A program made the position numbers and the translations under genes. Positions 8,322-17,374 of a stretch of DNA of 64,000 nucleotides are shown in pieces. The stretch is from an uncultured Acidobacteriota bacterium (GTDB lineage: Bacteria; Acidobacteriota; Thermoanaerobaculia; Multivoradales; UBA5704), in assembly GCA_963700145.1 (NCBI GenBank), contig OY969474.1, positions 672,001-736,000 on the forward strand, given 5' to 3'. Within the stretch, counting starts at the first letter, position 1; each line of letters begins with the position of its first letter. The notes under the pieces are model-generated. The model was given only the letters and a program-made list of their open reading frames with translations. It was not told the DNA's origin and ran no database searches.

Positions 8322-10613
8322 TCAGAAGGCCAGTGTCAGGTCGAGCATGAAGATGTCGGCCTGGTAGTCGCCGTTGTCGGCATTGAGCAGCAGCGCGCCC
8401 GGCAGGTAGTTCCGCAGGTCCTGCAGGATGAAGCTGTCGATCGTGTAGTCCTCGTGGCGGTAGGTGAACCCCGCCTCGGCGCTCTCGGCGATGCGGTAGT
8501 CGAGCCGGCCCTGGAGGGCGAAGAGCTCGATGTCCTCGTAGTTGGGCAGGTCGATCGGCGCCGTGCGCGTGCCGAGCGGCAGGCCGCCGGGGACGGCGAA
8601 GAAGTCGGCGAAGCCGTCGGATTCCGTCCAGTTCCCCGAGACGTCCGCCGTCCAGCCTTCGGCGAAGCGGCTGGTCAGGCCGAGGCCCCAGGTGTCGTTG
8701 ACCTCGTCGAAGTCGATCGACCAGTCGTCGATCGGCCGCGTCGAGGGGGCGGCGCCCGACTGCCGGCCGCGCTGGGAGACGTCGCGGTCGGCGCGGTGGC
8801 CGAAGAGGTAGAAGTTGAGCTTCTCGCCCGGCGCGTAGGAGACCTCGGCGTTGTACTGGATCACCTCGTCGGCGAGGAGGCCGTGCGCGCTCTCGTCGTA
8901 CTCCTCGTCGCGGCCGGTGACGCCCGCGGTGAAGGTCCAGGCGTCGGTGGGGTAGAAGTCGGCCAGGAGCCGCCACTGGTCGTACTCCCGCGCCGCCTGC
9001 GCGTACTTGCGCAGCCCGGGCTGGTTGTTGGCCCCTGCGGGGTCGCCGAAGCTCGCCTCCTGCGCCTCGACGTCGTAGCCGTCGATCGAGCGGTCGGCGA
9101 TCTCGTAGCTCGCCCGGAGGTTGAGGCGGCGGGTCGGCCGGGTGTCGAAGCTCAGGGTCACGACGTCCTCGTCGGAGCCCTCCACCTCGCGGAACTCGCG
9201 GTCCCAGGTCTGGCGCCGGTAGGCCAGCCCCAGGCTGCTGTCGCGGAAGACCTCCCAGTCGAGGTCGAAGCCGAGGTCCTGGCGGGTGTAGGCATAGGGC
9301 ACGGTGACGCGCGGGATCTCCTCCCAGACCGAGTGGAAGCGGACGTAGCCGGGGAACTCGATCCGCGGCGAGCGGTTGTCGTAGTCGTAGTAGCGGTAGC
9401 GGAAGACCAGCGACACGTCCTCGCCGACGCGCGTGCCGACGTCGCCGTTGAGCGCCAGCACCTGCACCTCGGTGTCGGCGTTGCGCACCGGCAGGTTGGC
9501 GGGGTCCGTGGCGTCGAAGGTGGCGTGGGTTTGCAGGTCGACGCCGCGGATCGCGCTGTTGAGGGTGTAGGGCAGCAGCGGCTCGTCCTGGGTCATGAGG
9601 TTGTACGAGGCGCTGCCGCTCGCCCACCAGTCCCCGGCGAAGCGGGCGCGGCCGTCGGCGAAGACCACGCTCGAGCGGTTGTCGGGCGACAGGTCGGCGA
9701 AGCCGCGGGCGGCGCCGTTGATCGACGAGCTGCTCGGCGACTGGTAGGCGTTGGCGTCCGTCGAGTCGGTCGCCCGGAACGGGTTGTCCCAGAAGAGAGT
9801 GCTGACGTCGTTCTGGAAGGTCGAGTGGCGGACGCCGAAACGCGCCCCGCCGCGCTCGCCCTTCCACTCGCCGGCCAGCTCGGCCCCGGTGGTGTCGTAC
9901 TCGATCGGCTCCGGCAGCTCGGTGACGTTGTTGAAGCCGAACGAGGCGCCGTAAGGGCGGTTGCCGCTGCGGTTCTCGTGCGTGTACTCGATCCCCCAGG
10001 CGAGCCGCCCCATCTTGCCGAGGTCGAGCCGCGCCGCCGTGCGGTCGCGCCGCAGGCCCAGGCTCACCTCCTGCTCGGCGGCGAGGTAAGGAGCCAGCAC
10101 CTGGTCGAGAAAGGCGAAGGTGACGCCGGTGCGGTTGGCGGTGAACTGCTGCTGCACGGCGCCCTGGATCGCCGCCTGCACCGGGTCGGCGATCTCGTAG
10201 ACGCCGGGGCCGGTCCGGCTCCAGAGCATGCGGCCGCCGTTGCCGAAGCGGTGGGGGATCTTGTTGTAGTCGAGCCGCAGCTCGTAGCGTCCGGAGAGGC
10301 CGTAGGCGAGGGTGTAGCGGGCGTCCTCGCGGCCGATGCGGGCGGCGGCGAAGTCGAAGGTGCGGTTGTGGTCGGCGCTCTCGCCCTCGACGTCGAGGGA
10401 GGCGAGGAAGCCGCTGCCGAGGTCGCGGTACTCCTCGAACTTGGCCGAGTCGGTGTCGACGTCGGTCTCGAGCACGGCGAAGACGAGCGGATCGACGCGG
10501 AAGGTGAACCCCTGCGCCGCGGCGTCCTGGGCCGCGGCCGGCGCGGCGGCGGCGAGGCAGAAGAACCCGGCGAGGACGGCGGCGGCCTGCGACTTGATCG
10601 TGCGGGCGTCCAT
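8322..10613 (-). CDS. mtrB: MtrB/PioB-family decaheme-associated outer-membrane beta-barrel
   Basis: Signal peptide, SAKFEEYRD, ELPEPIEYDT, WDNPF, SPDN motifs, C-terminal Phe. Directly downstream of a decaheme cytochrome. Confidence 0.88.
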   Translation of the reverse strand: MDARTIKSQAAAVLAGFFCLAAAAPAAAQDAAAQGFTFRVDPLVFAVLETDVDTDSAKFEEYRDLGSGFLASLDVEGESADHNRTFDFAAARIGREDARYTLAYGLSGRYELRLDYNKIPHRFGNGGRMLWSRTGPGVYEIADPVQAAIQGAVQQQFTANRTGVTFAFLDQVLAPYLAAEQEVSLGLRRDRTAARLDLGKMGRLAWGIEYTHENRSGNRPYGASFGFNNVTELPEPIEYDTTGAELAGEWKGERGGARFGVRHSTFQNDVSTLFWDNPFRATDSTDANAYQSPSSSSINGAARGFADLSPDNRSSVVFADGRARFAGDWWASGSASYNLMTQDEPLLPYTLNSAIRGVDLQTHATFDATDPANLPVRNADTEVQVLALNGDVGTRVGEDVSLVFRYRYYDYDNRSPRIEFPGYVRFHSVWEEIPRVTVPYAYTRQDLGFDLDWEVFRDSSLGLAYRRQTWDREFREVEGSDEDVVTLSFDTRPTRRLNLRASYEIADRSIDGYDVEAQEASFGDPAGANNQPGLRKYAQAAREYDQWRLLADFYPTDAWTFTAGVTGRDEEYDESAHGLLADEVIQYNAEVSYAPGEKLNFYLFGHRADRDVSQRGRQSGAAPSTRPIDDWSIDFDEVNDTWGLGLTSRFAEGWTADVSGNWTESDGFADFFAVPGGLPLGTRTAPIDLPNYEDIELFALQGRLDYRIAESAEAGFTYRHEDYTIDSFILQDLRNYLPGALLLNADNGDYQADIFMLDLTLAF

Positions 10614-10626
10614 GACGTCCTCCCCC

Positions 10627-11583
10627 CTAGTGCGCCAGGTACGGCGCGGACGGGTGGTTGCTGCCGTGGATCGCGGCGTGGCAGTCCAGGCAGGCCCGGT
10701 TGAAGACGCGGTTGCTGCCGCGCGCCGGGTCCTCGAGGGTCGGCACGCGCAGGCCGTCGTAGAGGGTCCCGGGGTGGCGGGTGTTGGCGTGGCACTGCTG
10801 GCACAGGTACGGCACCGACGTCTTCTGCAGCTTCAAGTGGTTCGAGCCGTGCGGCGTGTGGCAGTTGAGGCAGCTCTCGCGCACCGGCGGGTGGTCCCAG
10901 AGGAACGGCCCGCGCTTCTCGGTGTGGCAGGAGTAGCACTGGTCGTTGACCGAGGCGGCGCGGATCAGCTTCGGGGTCGAGGCGCCGTGCGGGTTGTGGC
11001 AGTCGGAGCAGGAGATCTTCCCCTCGCGGATCGGGTGGTGGGAGTTCTTCCAGGTCTCGGCGCGGACGTCCTTGTGACAGGCGAAGCACTGCTCGGCGAC
11101 GGTGGCCGTCTTGAGCTGCGCCTGCTCGGTCTTGGGCGCATGGACGCTGTGGCAGGAGATGCAGGAGAGGCCGCGCATCTGATGGCGGCTGCCCTGCCAG
11201 AACATCTGCTGGCCGCCGTCGTGGCAGGTGCGGCAGACCGCGACCTGCGCCGGGACGCTCAGGCGGTCCACGCGGGGGTGGAGCGCCGGGTCGTCCGGGT
11301 TCTCGGCGTGCGCGGCGCCCGGGCCGTGGCAGGTCTCGCACCCCAGGTCCGAGAGGCGCGCGAACGCGGCCTTGCCGTGAGGCGTGCCGGCGAGGTGCGT
11401 GGCTTCGGCGTCGTGGCAGGCGGCGCAGGTCTCGGCGCCGGCGTAACCCGGCGCCGCCGCCGCGTGCGCGGGCGCCAGTGGCGGCTCGGGGGGTTCCTGC
11501 TGCCGGGGGGCGGCGCTGCTGCCGGAAGCGGCAGCGAGGAGCGCGCCGGCGGCGACCGGGACCAACAGGTAGGGAAGCCTCAT
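10627..11583 (-). CDS. mtrA: MtrA/DmsE-family periplasmic decaheme cytochrome c
   Basis: Ten CxxCH motifs counted. EKRGPFLWDHPPVRE and IHGSNHPS family motifs. Signal peptide. ATG at 11583 after GGAGGAGG. Confidence 0.93.
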   Translation of the reverse strand: MRLPYLLVPVAAGALLAAASGSSAAPRQQEPPEPPLAPAHAAAAPGYAGAETCAACHDAEATHLAGTPHGKAAFARLSDLGCETCHGPGAAHAENPDDPALHPRVDRLSVPAQVAVCRTCHDGGQQMFWQGSRHQMRGLSCISCHSVHAPKTEQAQLKTATVAEQCFACHKDVRAETWKNSHHPIREGKISCSDCHNPHGASTPKLIRAASVNDQCYSCHTEKRGPFLWDHPPVRESCLNCHTPHGSNHLKLQKTSVPYLCQQCHANTRHPGTLYDGLRVPTLEDPARGSNRVFNRACLDCHAAIHGSNHPSAPYLAH

Positions 11584-11685
11584 CGGGCCCTCCTCCCGCT
11601 TCGCGGGTCGGACGTCCAAGAACGACGAGACCATCTTTCGCGCCGCCGGGCTCGCGCGCCACGACTCCCGGGGTAGTTTCCTTCC

Positions 11686-11701
11686 CTACCCGCCAGGGTG
11701 G
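11686..11701. promoter_or_regulatory. Candidate operator CTACCC-GCCA-GGGTGG in the divergent mtrA / cytochrome promoter
   Basis: Matches the recurring palindrome. Extra half-site GGGTAG at 11671-11676. Confidence 0.5.
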
Positions 11702-11770
11702 GATCGAGACCGAGCAGTTGGTTCTAGAATAGCTCCAAACGGATCGATTGCAACCGCGAAAGGGGCGACC

Positions 11771-12130
11771 ATGAAAGCCACCCTCGTCCTCGCCGGCGCC
11801 GTCTCGGCGCTGCTCCTGGCCTTCGCCCTCTCGACGCCCGCGACGGCCGCCGCCCAGGCCAAGCTCGACGGCAAGGCGATCTTCCTGGCCCAGAAGTGCA
11901 GCCTCTGCCACGACGTCTCGTCGGCGGCCATCACCGCGACGGTGAAGTCGGCGGCGATGAAGGGCCCCGACCTGACGGGCAAGGCGAGCAAGCGCGACGC
12001 GACGCTGCTCAACAACTACCTGCGCAAGAAGGCCGACATCAACGGCAAGAAGCACAAGAAGGAGTTCAGCGGCAGCGACGAGGAGATCGGCGCCCTGATC
12101 GCGTGGCTGCAGGCGCAGGAGAAGAAGTAA
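11771..12130 (+). CDS. Periplasmic monoheme cytochrome c
   Basis: Signal peptide, GKAIF..CSLCH, GPDL motif, Lys-rich. Confidence 0.88.
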   Translation: MKATLVLAGAVSALLLAFALSTPATAAAQAKLDGKAIFLAQKCSLCHDVSSAAITATVKSAAMKGPDLTGKASKRDATLLNNYLRKKADINGKKHKKEFSGSDEEIGALIAWLQAQEKK

Positions 12131-12140
12131 GGCCGCGGGC

Positions 12141-12755
12141 ATGCCCTTCTTCGCGGAAGTCCTCGCGGTCTTTACTCTGGTCACCATCGCCCTGGCGGCG
12201 CTGGTAGCCCTCCGTCCGGCGCTGACGGCGGCGCGCGGCGGCAAGGTCCTGGCCTTCCTCGCCCTGCTGGTGCTGCCGCTGGCGATGACGGCCCTCGGGG
12301 TGTCGGCGCACGTGGAGCGCTCCAAGTCGACGGAGTTCTGCCTCTCCTGCCACGTCATGGAGCCGTACGGCAAGAGCCTGCGGGTGGACGACGCCAGCTT
12401 CGTGCCGGCCAGCCACTACCAGAACAACCGTGTGCCGCGCGACAAGGCCTGTTTCACCTGCCACACCGACTACACGATGTTCGGCGACGCCAAGGCGAAG
12501 CTGCGCGGCCTGCGGCACGTCTACGTGTACTACCTGGCCGGGGCGCCGGAGAAGATCGCGCTCTACGAGCCGTACAACAACCGCGAGTGCCTGCACTGCC
12601 ATGCCGGCGCGAGGAGCTTCGAGGAGAGCGAGCTGCACGTGGAGATCCGCGACGAGCTACGCACGAGCCAGACCTCCTGCCTGGAGTGCCACGACATGGT
12701 CCACGAGGTGGACCAGCTCGCCGGCAAGCCGTTGTGGAAGGTGGCCCGCCGGTGA
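12141..12755 (+). CDS. NapC/NirT/CymA-family membrane-anchored tetraheme cytochrome c
   Basis: N-terminal TM helices, STEFCLSCHVM, four CxxCH (CLSCH, CFTCH, CLHCH, CLECH). Confidence 0.88.
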   Translation: MPFFAEVLAVFTLVTIALAALVALRPALTAARGGKVLAFLALLVLPLAMTALGVSAHVERSKSTEFCLSCHVMEPYGKSLRVDDASFVPASHYQNNRVPRDKACFTCHTDYTMFGDAKAKLRGLRHVYVYYLAGAPEKIALYEPYNNRECLHCHAGARSFEESELHVEIRDELRTSQTSCLECHDMVHEVDQLAGKPLWKVARR

Positions 12756-12958
12756 CCGCCGCCGAGTCGCTGCTCGCGCGCCGCTTCAAGATCGCCGCGG
12801 TGCTGGTGTCGGTCGGCCTGGCGATCGAGGCGCTGACCCTCTTCTGGGCCCACCCCACGGCCTTCCTCGCCTTTCTCCTGATCGGCGGCACCCTCGTCGC
12901 CGCCGGCGTGCTCCTCTACCTCTACTCGATCGTCAGCTACACGACCCCGCCGCGGTAG
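12752..12958 (+). CDS. Small two-TM membrane protein coupled to the napC-like gene
   Basis: GTG overlaps the upstream stop (GTGA). 68 aa with two hydrophobic segments. Confidence 0.7.
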   Translation: MTAAESLLARRFKIAAVLVSVGLAIEALTLFWAHPTAFLAFLLIGGTLVAAGVLLYLYSIVSYTTPPR

Positions 12959-13014
12959 GCGGCGCCGAGCGCTCGGGCCGCGTCGCGAGCTAGTGCTCGC
13001 CGCCCGCCGCCGAG

Positions 13015-13245
13015 GTATCGACCGCCGATACTGACGTATCAGCGGCTGATACGAAGGTATCGGGCGGTGATACGGGCGGAGCGGGGCCTGATACGGGCGT
13101 ATCGACCGGCGATACGGACGTATCCGCGCCTGATACCGAGGTATGAGGGCTCGATACGCAGGTATCAAGACTCGATACGTGCGTATCGGCGGCTGATACG
13201 GGCGTGTCAGCGGTTGATACGGAGGTATCAAGCGCTGATACCGGC
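13015..13245. repeat. Tandem array of 11 x 21-bp units, consensus GTATC-N7-GATAC-N4
   Basis: Units start at 13015, 13036, 13057, 13078, 13099, 13120, 13141, 13162, 13183, 13204 and 13225. Each has an internal inverted repeat. Confidence 0.92.
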
Positions 13246-13306
13246 TGCTTCGTCCTCCGCGGAGGACGAGCAGCCGTCCCGAGCGCCATTCCGGCATCAG
13301 GATGCC

Positions 13307-13456
13307 TCACGACCGGCACCCGGCGGCCAGCGCCAGCGGTTCGCTGCGGCAGAGTTCTTGGCCGATCCTGATGATCTCGCGCTGGAACTTCTCGGGCTCG
13401 TCGAGGTCGGGCGTATGCGCCGACTCCTCGAACCAGACGACTTCCTTGTAAGGCGC
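13307..13456 (-). pseudogene. C-terminal remnant of an alpha/beta hydrolase
   Basis: Hand translation APYKEVVWFEESAHTPDLDEPEKFQREI resembles the catalytic-His region. Preceded by an in-frame TAG, no start codon. Confidence 0.6.
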
Positions 13457-13471
13457 TCGCTAGGGGCGGCC

Positions 13472-13930
13472 TCATGGATGCCCGCCGGGGTTGGCGGGGT
13501 GCTCGGCGCCGTGCCCGGCCGCGACGAGCGGCGCGTTCCGGCCCTCCAACGCCACGACCTCGAAGCGCGGCGGCTCCTCGATGTGCGCCTTTACCTTGCA
13601 GTGCTCGACCGCGCGCACGATCGCGGGGCGGTACTTCTCGGGGAAGTCCGGCGGCAGGGCGATCTCGAGCCGTACCGTCGTCACCCGCCCCCGCTCGTCG
13701 AGGTCGGTCTCGAGCGTCACGCCGAGGCCGTCGGTGGGGAGGGCGCGCTCCTGGCAGAAGCGGAGCGCGTAGTACCCCCCGCAGGTCCCGATCGAGGCGA
13801 GGAAGAGATCGAACGGAGAAGGCGCCGAGCCCGTACCCCCCGCCTCACGGGGCTGGTCCGTGCGAACCGTGTGACCTTGATAGGAGGCATCCACGGCCCG
13901 TCCTCCAGGGAAGCTGATGTGCATTGTCAT
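13472..13930 (-). CDS. OsmC/YhfA-family protein
   Basis: TDQP...GG...PSPFDLFLASIGTC and AVEHCKV two-Cys motif. RBS AAGGGAG. Confidence 0.88.
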   Translation of the reverse strand: MTMHISFPGGRAVDASYQGHTVRTDQPREAGGTGSAPSPFDLFLASIGTCGGYYALRFCQERALPTDGLGVTLETDLDERGRVTTVRLEIALPPDFPEKYRPAIVRAVEHCKVKAHIEEPPRFEVVALEGRNAPLVAAGHGAEHPANPGGHP

Positions 13931-14033
13931 GGTTTTCTCCCTTTTGCGCGTCGCCGCCCTCGCAACTCGCAATGTGACAGAGCGCCTCGCCGCCCGCACC
14001 GTCAATCCGGGTAGTTTCCGCCGCGCGTCGGAG

Positions 14034-14049
14034 CCACCCGAGCAGGTGG
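14034..14049. promoter_or_regulatory. Candidate operator CCACCC-GAGC-AGGTGG upstream of the OsmC-family gene
   Basis: Matches the recurring palindrome. Half-site GGGTAGTTTCC at 14009 is identical to that at 11671. Confidence 0.45.
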
Positions 14050-14083
14050 GGACGGCGGTCGTCTCGCTGGGTGGGGTGAACAC

Positions 14084-17000
14084 CTACGCCGCCTCCTGGA
14101 GCGCCGCCTCCGGCGGCGGCGTGGCGGCGAGATGGCGCACCTCGGTGCGCCACTTCCAGAGCTTGTAGATCGCCGGGTAGACCAGCAGCTCGAGCAGGAA
14201 CGAGGTGGCGAGGCCGCCGATCATCGGGGCCGCGATGCGCTGCATGACGTCGGCGCCGGCCGCCGTCGACCACATGATCGGCAGCAGGCCCATGAATGCC
14301 GCGCAGACGGTCATCAGCTTCGGCCGCGCCCGCTTGACCGCGCCGTGGACGATCGCCTCGTCGAGGTCGGCGGCGGAGCGCAGCCGCCCTTCGCGCTTGG
14401 CCTCGTCGTAGGAGAGGTCGAGGAAGAGGAGCATGAAGACGCCGGTCTCGGCGTCGAGCCCGAGCAGCGCGATCATCCCCACCCAGGCGGCGATCGAGAC
14501 GTTGTAGCCGAGCAGCCAGAAGAGCCAGATCGCGCCGACCGCCGAGAACGGCACCGCCAGCATCACCACCAGCGCCTTGAAGCCCGAGCGGGTGTTGGCG
14601 TAGAGGAGCGCGAAGATGAGCGCCAGGGTCACCGGCACCACGACCTTCAGGCGCTCGCGGACGCGCAGCATGTTCTCGTACTGGCCGCTCCAGACGAGCG
14701 AGAAGCCCGCCGGCAAGCGGAGCTGCTCGCCGACCGCGCGCTTGGCCTCCTCGACGTAGCCGCCGATGTCGCGGCCGGCGATATCCACGTAGACGTAGCC
14801 GGCGAGAAAGCCGTTCTCGTCGCGGATCATCGACGGCCCCTGCACGACCTCGATCGTGGCGAGCTGGGCGAGCGGCACCTGCGCCCCGGCCGGCGTCGCC
14901 ACCAGCACCCGCGCCAAGCGGTCGGGGTCGTCGCGTAGCTCGCGCGGGTAGCGGACGTTGATCGGGTAGCGCTCGCGCCCTTCGATGGTGGTCGAGACGT
15001 TCTCGCCGCCGATGGCGCTGGCGACGACCATCTGCACCTCCTCGATCGTCAGCCCGTAGCGGGCGAGCTGGCCGCGCCGCGGCACGACGTCGACGAAGTA
15101 GCCGCCGGCCACGCGCTCCGCATAGACACTGCGGGTGCCGGCGACGCCGCGGAGGATGGCCTCGAGGTGCTGGCCGGTGCGCTCGATCTCCTCCAGGTCG
15201 TCGCCGAAGACCTTGATGCCGATCGGGGTGCGCACCCCGGTCGTCAGCATGTCGATCCGCGCCTTGATCGGCATCGTCCAGGCGTTGGTGACCCCTGGCG
15301 CGCGCAGCGCGCGGTCCATCTCCGCGATCAGGGCCTCGTAGGCGATGCGGTCGGACCAGAAAGGGCGGAAGGCGGGCTTGAGCCACTCCGGCGACCACGC
15401 CGAGTACCACCGCACTTTGGGCCGCCACGCGCTTTCGGGTTTCAAGACGACGGTCGTCTCGACCATCGAGAAGGGGGCGGGGTCGGTCGAGGTGTCGGCG
15501 CGGCCGGCCTTGCCGAAGACCCGCTCGACCTCGGGGAAGCCGCGCAGCACCCGGTCCTGCGCGGTCAGCAGCTCCTGCGCCTGCGCCACGGACACGCCGG
15601 GAAGCGTGGTCGGCATGTAGAGGATCGTCCCCTCGTGGAGCGGCGGCATGAACTCCCGGCCGAGCGCGAAGTAGACGGGGAGGCTCACCAAGACCAGCGC
15701 CAGCGCCGCCGCGACCACCGCCGCCGGCCGCCGCAGCACGAAGCGACAGGCCGGCTCATAGACGCGGAAGACGGCGCGGCTGATCGGGTGCCGCTCTTCG
15801 GGGCGGTAGGTGCCGACCGCGGCGGCGCTCGCCACCCGCGCCAGCCAGCGCGGCCGGAAGCGGAAGGGCTCCATGCGGGTGAAGAGCATGCGCATCGCCG
15901 GGTCGAGGGTGATGGCGAGGAGGGCGGCGATCGCCATCGCCAGGTTCTTCGAGTAGGCGAGCGGCTTGAAGAGGCGCCCCTCCTGATCGACCAGGGCGAA
16001 GACCGGGATGAAGGCGACGGCGATGACCAGGAGCGAGAAGAAGACCGCCGGGCCGACCTCCTGCAGCGCCTCGAGGCGCACGGCGTGGAAGTCACCCTTG
16101 CCCCCTTCCGCCTGCCAACGGTGGAGCTTGTTGTAGGCATTCTCCACCTCCACGATCGCGCCGTCCACCAGGACGCCGATCGAGATGGCGATACCGGCCA
16201 GCGACATGATGTTGACCGTCACCCCCATCCAGGCCAGCGGGATGAAGGCGAGCAGCACCGCGACCGGGATGGTGACGATCGGCACGGCGGCCGAGGGCAG
16301 GTGCCAGAGGAAGAGGAGGATGACCAGCGCGACGATCACCATCTCGAGGACCAACTCGTGGCGCAGCGTCGCGATGGCGCGGCCGATCAGGTCGGCGCGG
16401 TCGTAGGTGGTGACGATCTCCACCCCGGCGGGCAGCGAAGGCTGGAGATCGCGGAGCTTCTGCCGCACCGCGCGGATGACGTTGACGGCGTTCTCGCCGT
16501 GGCGCATGACGACGATGCCGCCGACGTGGTCGCCGAGGCCGTCGAGATCGGCGACGCCGCGCCGCATCTCGGGGCCGAGCTCGACGCGGGCGACGTCGCG
16601 GACGAGCACGGGAACGCCGGCGGGGGAGGTCTTCAAGACCGCCTGCTCGAGGTCCGCGGGCGAGGTGACGTAGCCGCGGCCTCGCACCATGTACTCGGTG
16701 CCGCTCCACTCGATGAGCCGCCCGCCGACCTCGTTGTTGGAGCGCCGCAGCGCCTCGACCACGGTGCCGAACGGGACGCCGTAGGCCGCGAGGCGGTTGG
16801 GGTCGGCGACCACCTGGTACTGCTTGACGAAGCCGCCGATGGCCGCCACCTCCGCCACCCCCGGCACCGACTGCAGGGCGTAGCGCAGCGTCCAGTCCTG
16901 ATAGGAGCGCAGCTCGTCGAGCGAGTGCTCGCCGCTGCGGTCCACGAGCGCGTACTGGAAGACCCAGCCGACGCCGGTGGCGTCGGGCCCCAGCTCGGTC

Positions 17001-17374
17001 CGCACGCCCTCCGGCAGGCGGGCCTGGATCTTCGACAGGTACTCGAGGACGCGCGAGCGCGCCCAGTAGAGGTCGGTGCCGTCGCGGAAGACGACGTAGA
17101 CGTAGGAGAAGCCGAAGTCGGAGTAGCCGCGCACCGCCTTGACCCGCGGCGCGCCGAGGAGCGCGGTGACGATCGGGTAGGTGACCTGGTCCTCGATGAT
17201 GTCGGGCGAGCGGTCCCACTGCGAGTAGACGATCACCTGGGTGTCCGAGAGGTCGGGCAGGGCGTCGAGGCGGATCGTGCGCAGCGTGTAGAGCGCGAGC
17301 GCGACGAGGGCGGCCACGGTGAGCAGGACGAGGCCGCGGTTGCGCGCCGAGAAGGCGATGACGCGCCGGATCAC
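14084..17374 (-). CDS. cusA: CusA/CzcA heavy-metal RND efflux permease (Cu/Ag type)
   Basis: LDALPDLSDTQVIV, LGPDATGVGWVFQY, EFMPPL, TDPAPFSM, WTMPIKARIDML, RPKLMT. Confidence 0.93.
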   Translation of the reverse strand: MIRRVIAFSARNRGLVLLTVAALVALALYTLRTIRLDALPDLSDTQVIVYSQWDRSPDIIEDQVTYPIVTALLGAPRVKAVRGYSDFGFSYVYVVFRDGTDLYWARSRVLEYLSKIQARLPEGVRTELGPDATGVGWVFQYALVDRSGEHSLDELRSYQDWTLRYALQSVPGVAEVAAIGGFVKQYQVVADPNRLAAYGVPFGTVVEALRRSNNEVGGRLIEWSGTEYMVRGRGYVTSPADLEQAVLKTSPAGVPVLVRDVARVELGPEMRRGVADLDGLGDHVGGIVVMRHGENAVNVIRAVRQKLRDLQPSLPAGVEIVTTYDRADLIGRAIATLRHELVLEMVIVALVILLFLWHLPSAAVPIVTIPVAVLLAFIPLAWMGVTVNIMSLAGIAISIGVLVDGAIVEVENAYNKLHRWQAEGGKGDFHAVRLEALQEVGPAVFFSLLVIAVAFIPVFALVDQEGRLFKPLAYSKNLAMAIAALLAITLDPAMRMLFTRMEPFRFRPRWLARVASAAAVGTYRPEERHPISRAVFRVYEPACRFVLRRPAAVVAAALALVLVSLPVYFALGREFMPPLHEGTILYMPTTLPGVSVAQAQELLTAQDRVLRGFPEVERVFGKAGRADTSTDPAPFSMVETTVVLKPESAWRPKVRWYSAWSPEWLKPAFRPFWSDRIAYEALIAEMDRALRAPGVTNAWTMPIKARIDMLTTGVRTPIGIKVFGDDLEEIERTGQHLEAILRGVAGTRSVYAERVAGGYFVDVVPRRGQLARYGLTIEEVQMVVASAIGGENVSTTIEGRERYPINVRYPRELRDDPDRLARVLVATPAGAQVPLAQLATIEVVQGPSMIRDENGFLAGYVYVDIAGRDIGGYVEEAKRAVGEQLRLPAGFSLVWSGQYENMLRVRERLKVVVPVTLALIFALLYANTRSGFKALVVMLAVPFSAVGAIWLFWLLGYNVSIAAWVGMIALLGLDAETGVFMLLFLDLSYDEAKREGRLRSAADLDEAIVHGAVKRARPKLMTVCAAFMGLLPIMWSTAAGADVMQRIAAPMIGGLATSFLLELLVYPAIYKLWKWRTEVRHLAATPPPEAALQEAA

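Noticed and set aside
13015-13245. CRISPR array
   Set aside because: The period is only 21 bp with 4-7 nt variable parts, there are no spacer-sized unique sequences, and no cas genes are in the window.
12563-14014. ORFs 12563-13297, 12990-13475 and 13067-14014 crossing the array
   Set aside because: They overlap real genes, lack RBS and use rare codons. The heptad peptides are a by-product of the palindromic repeat.
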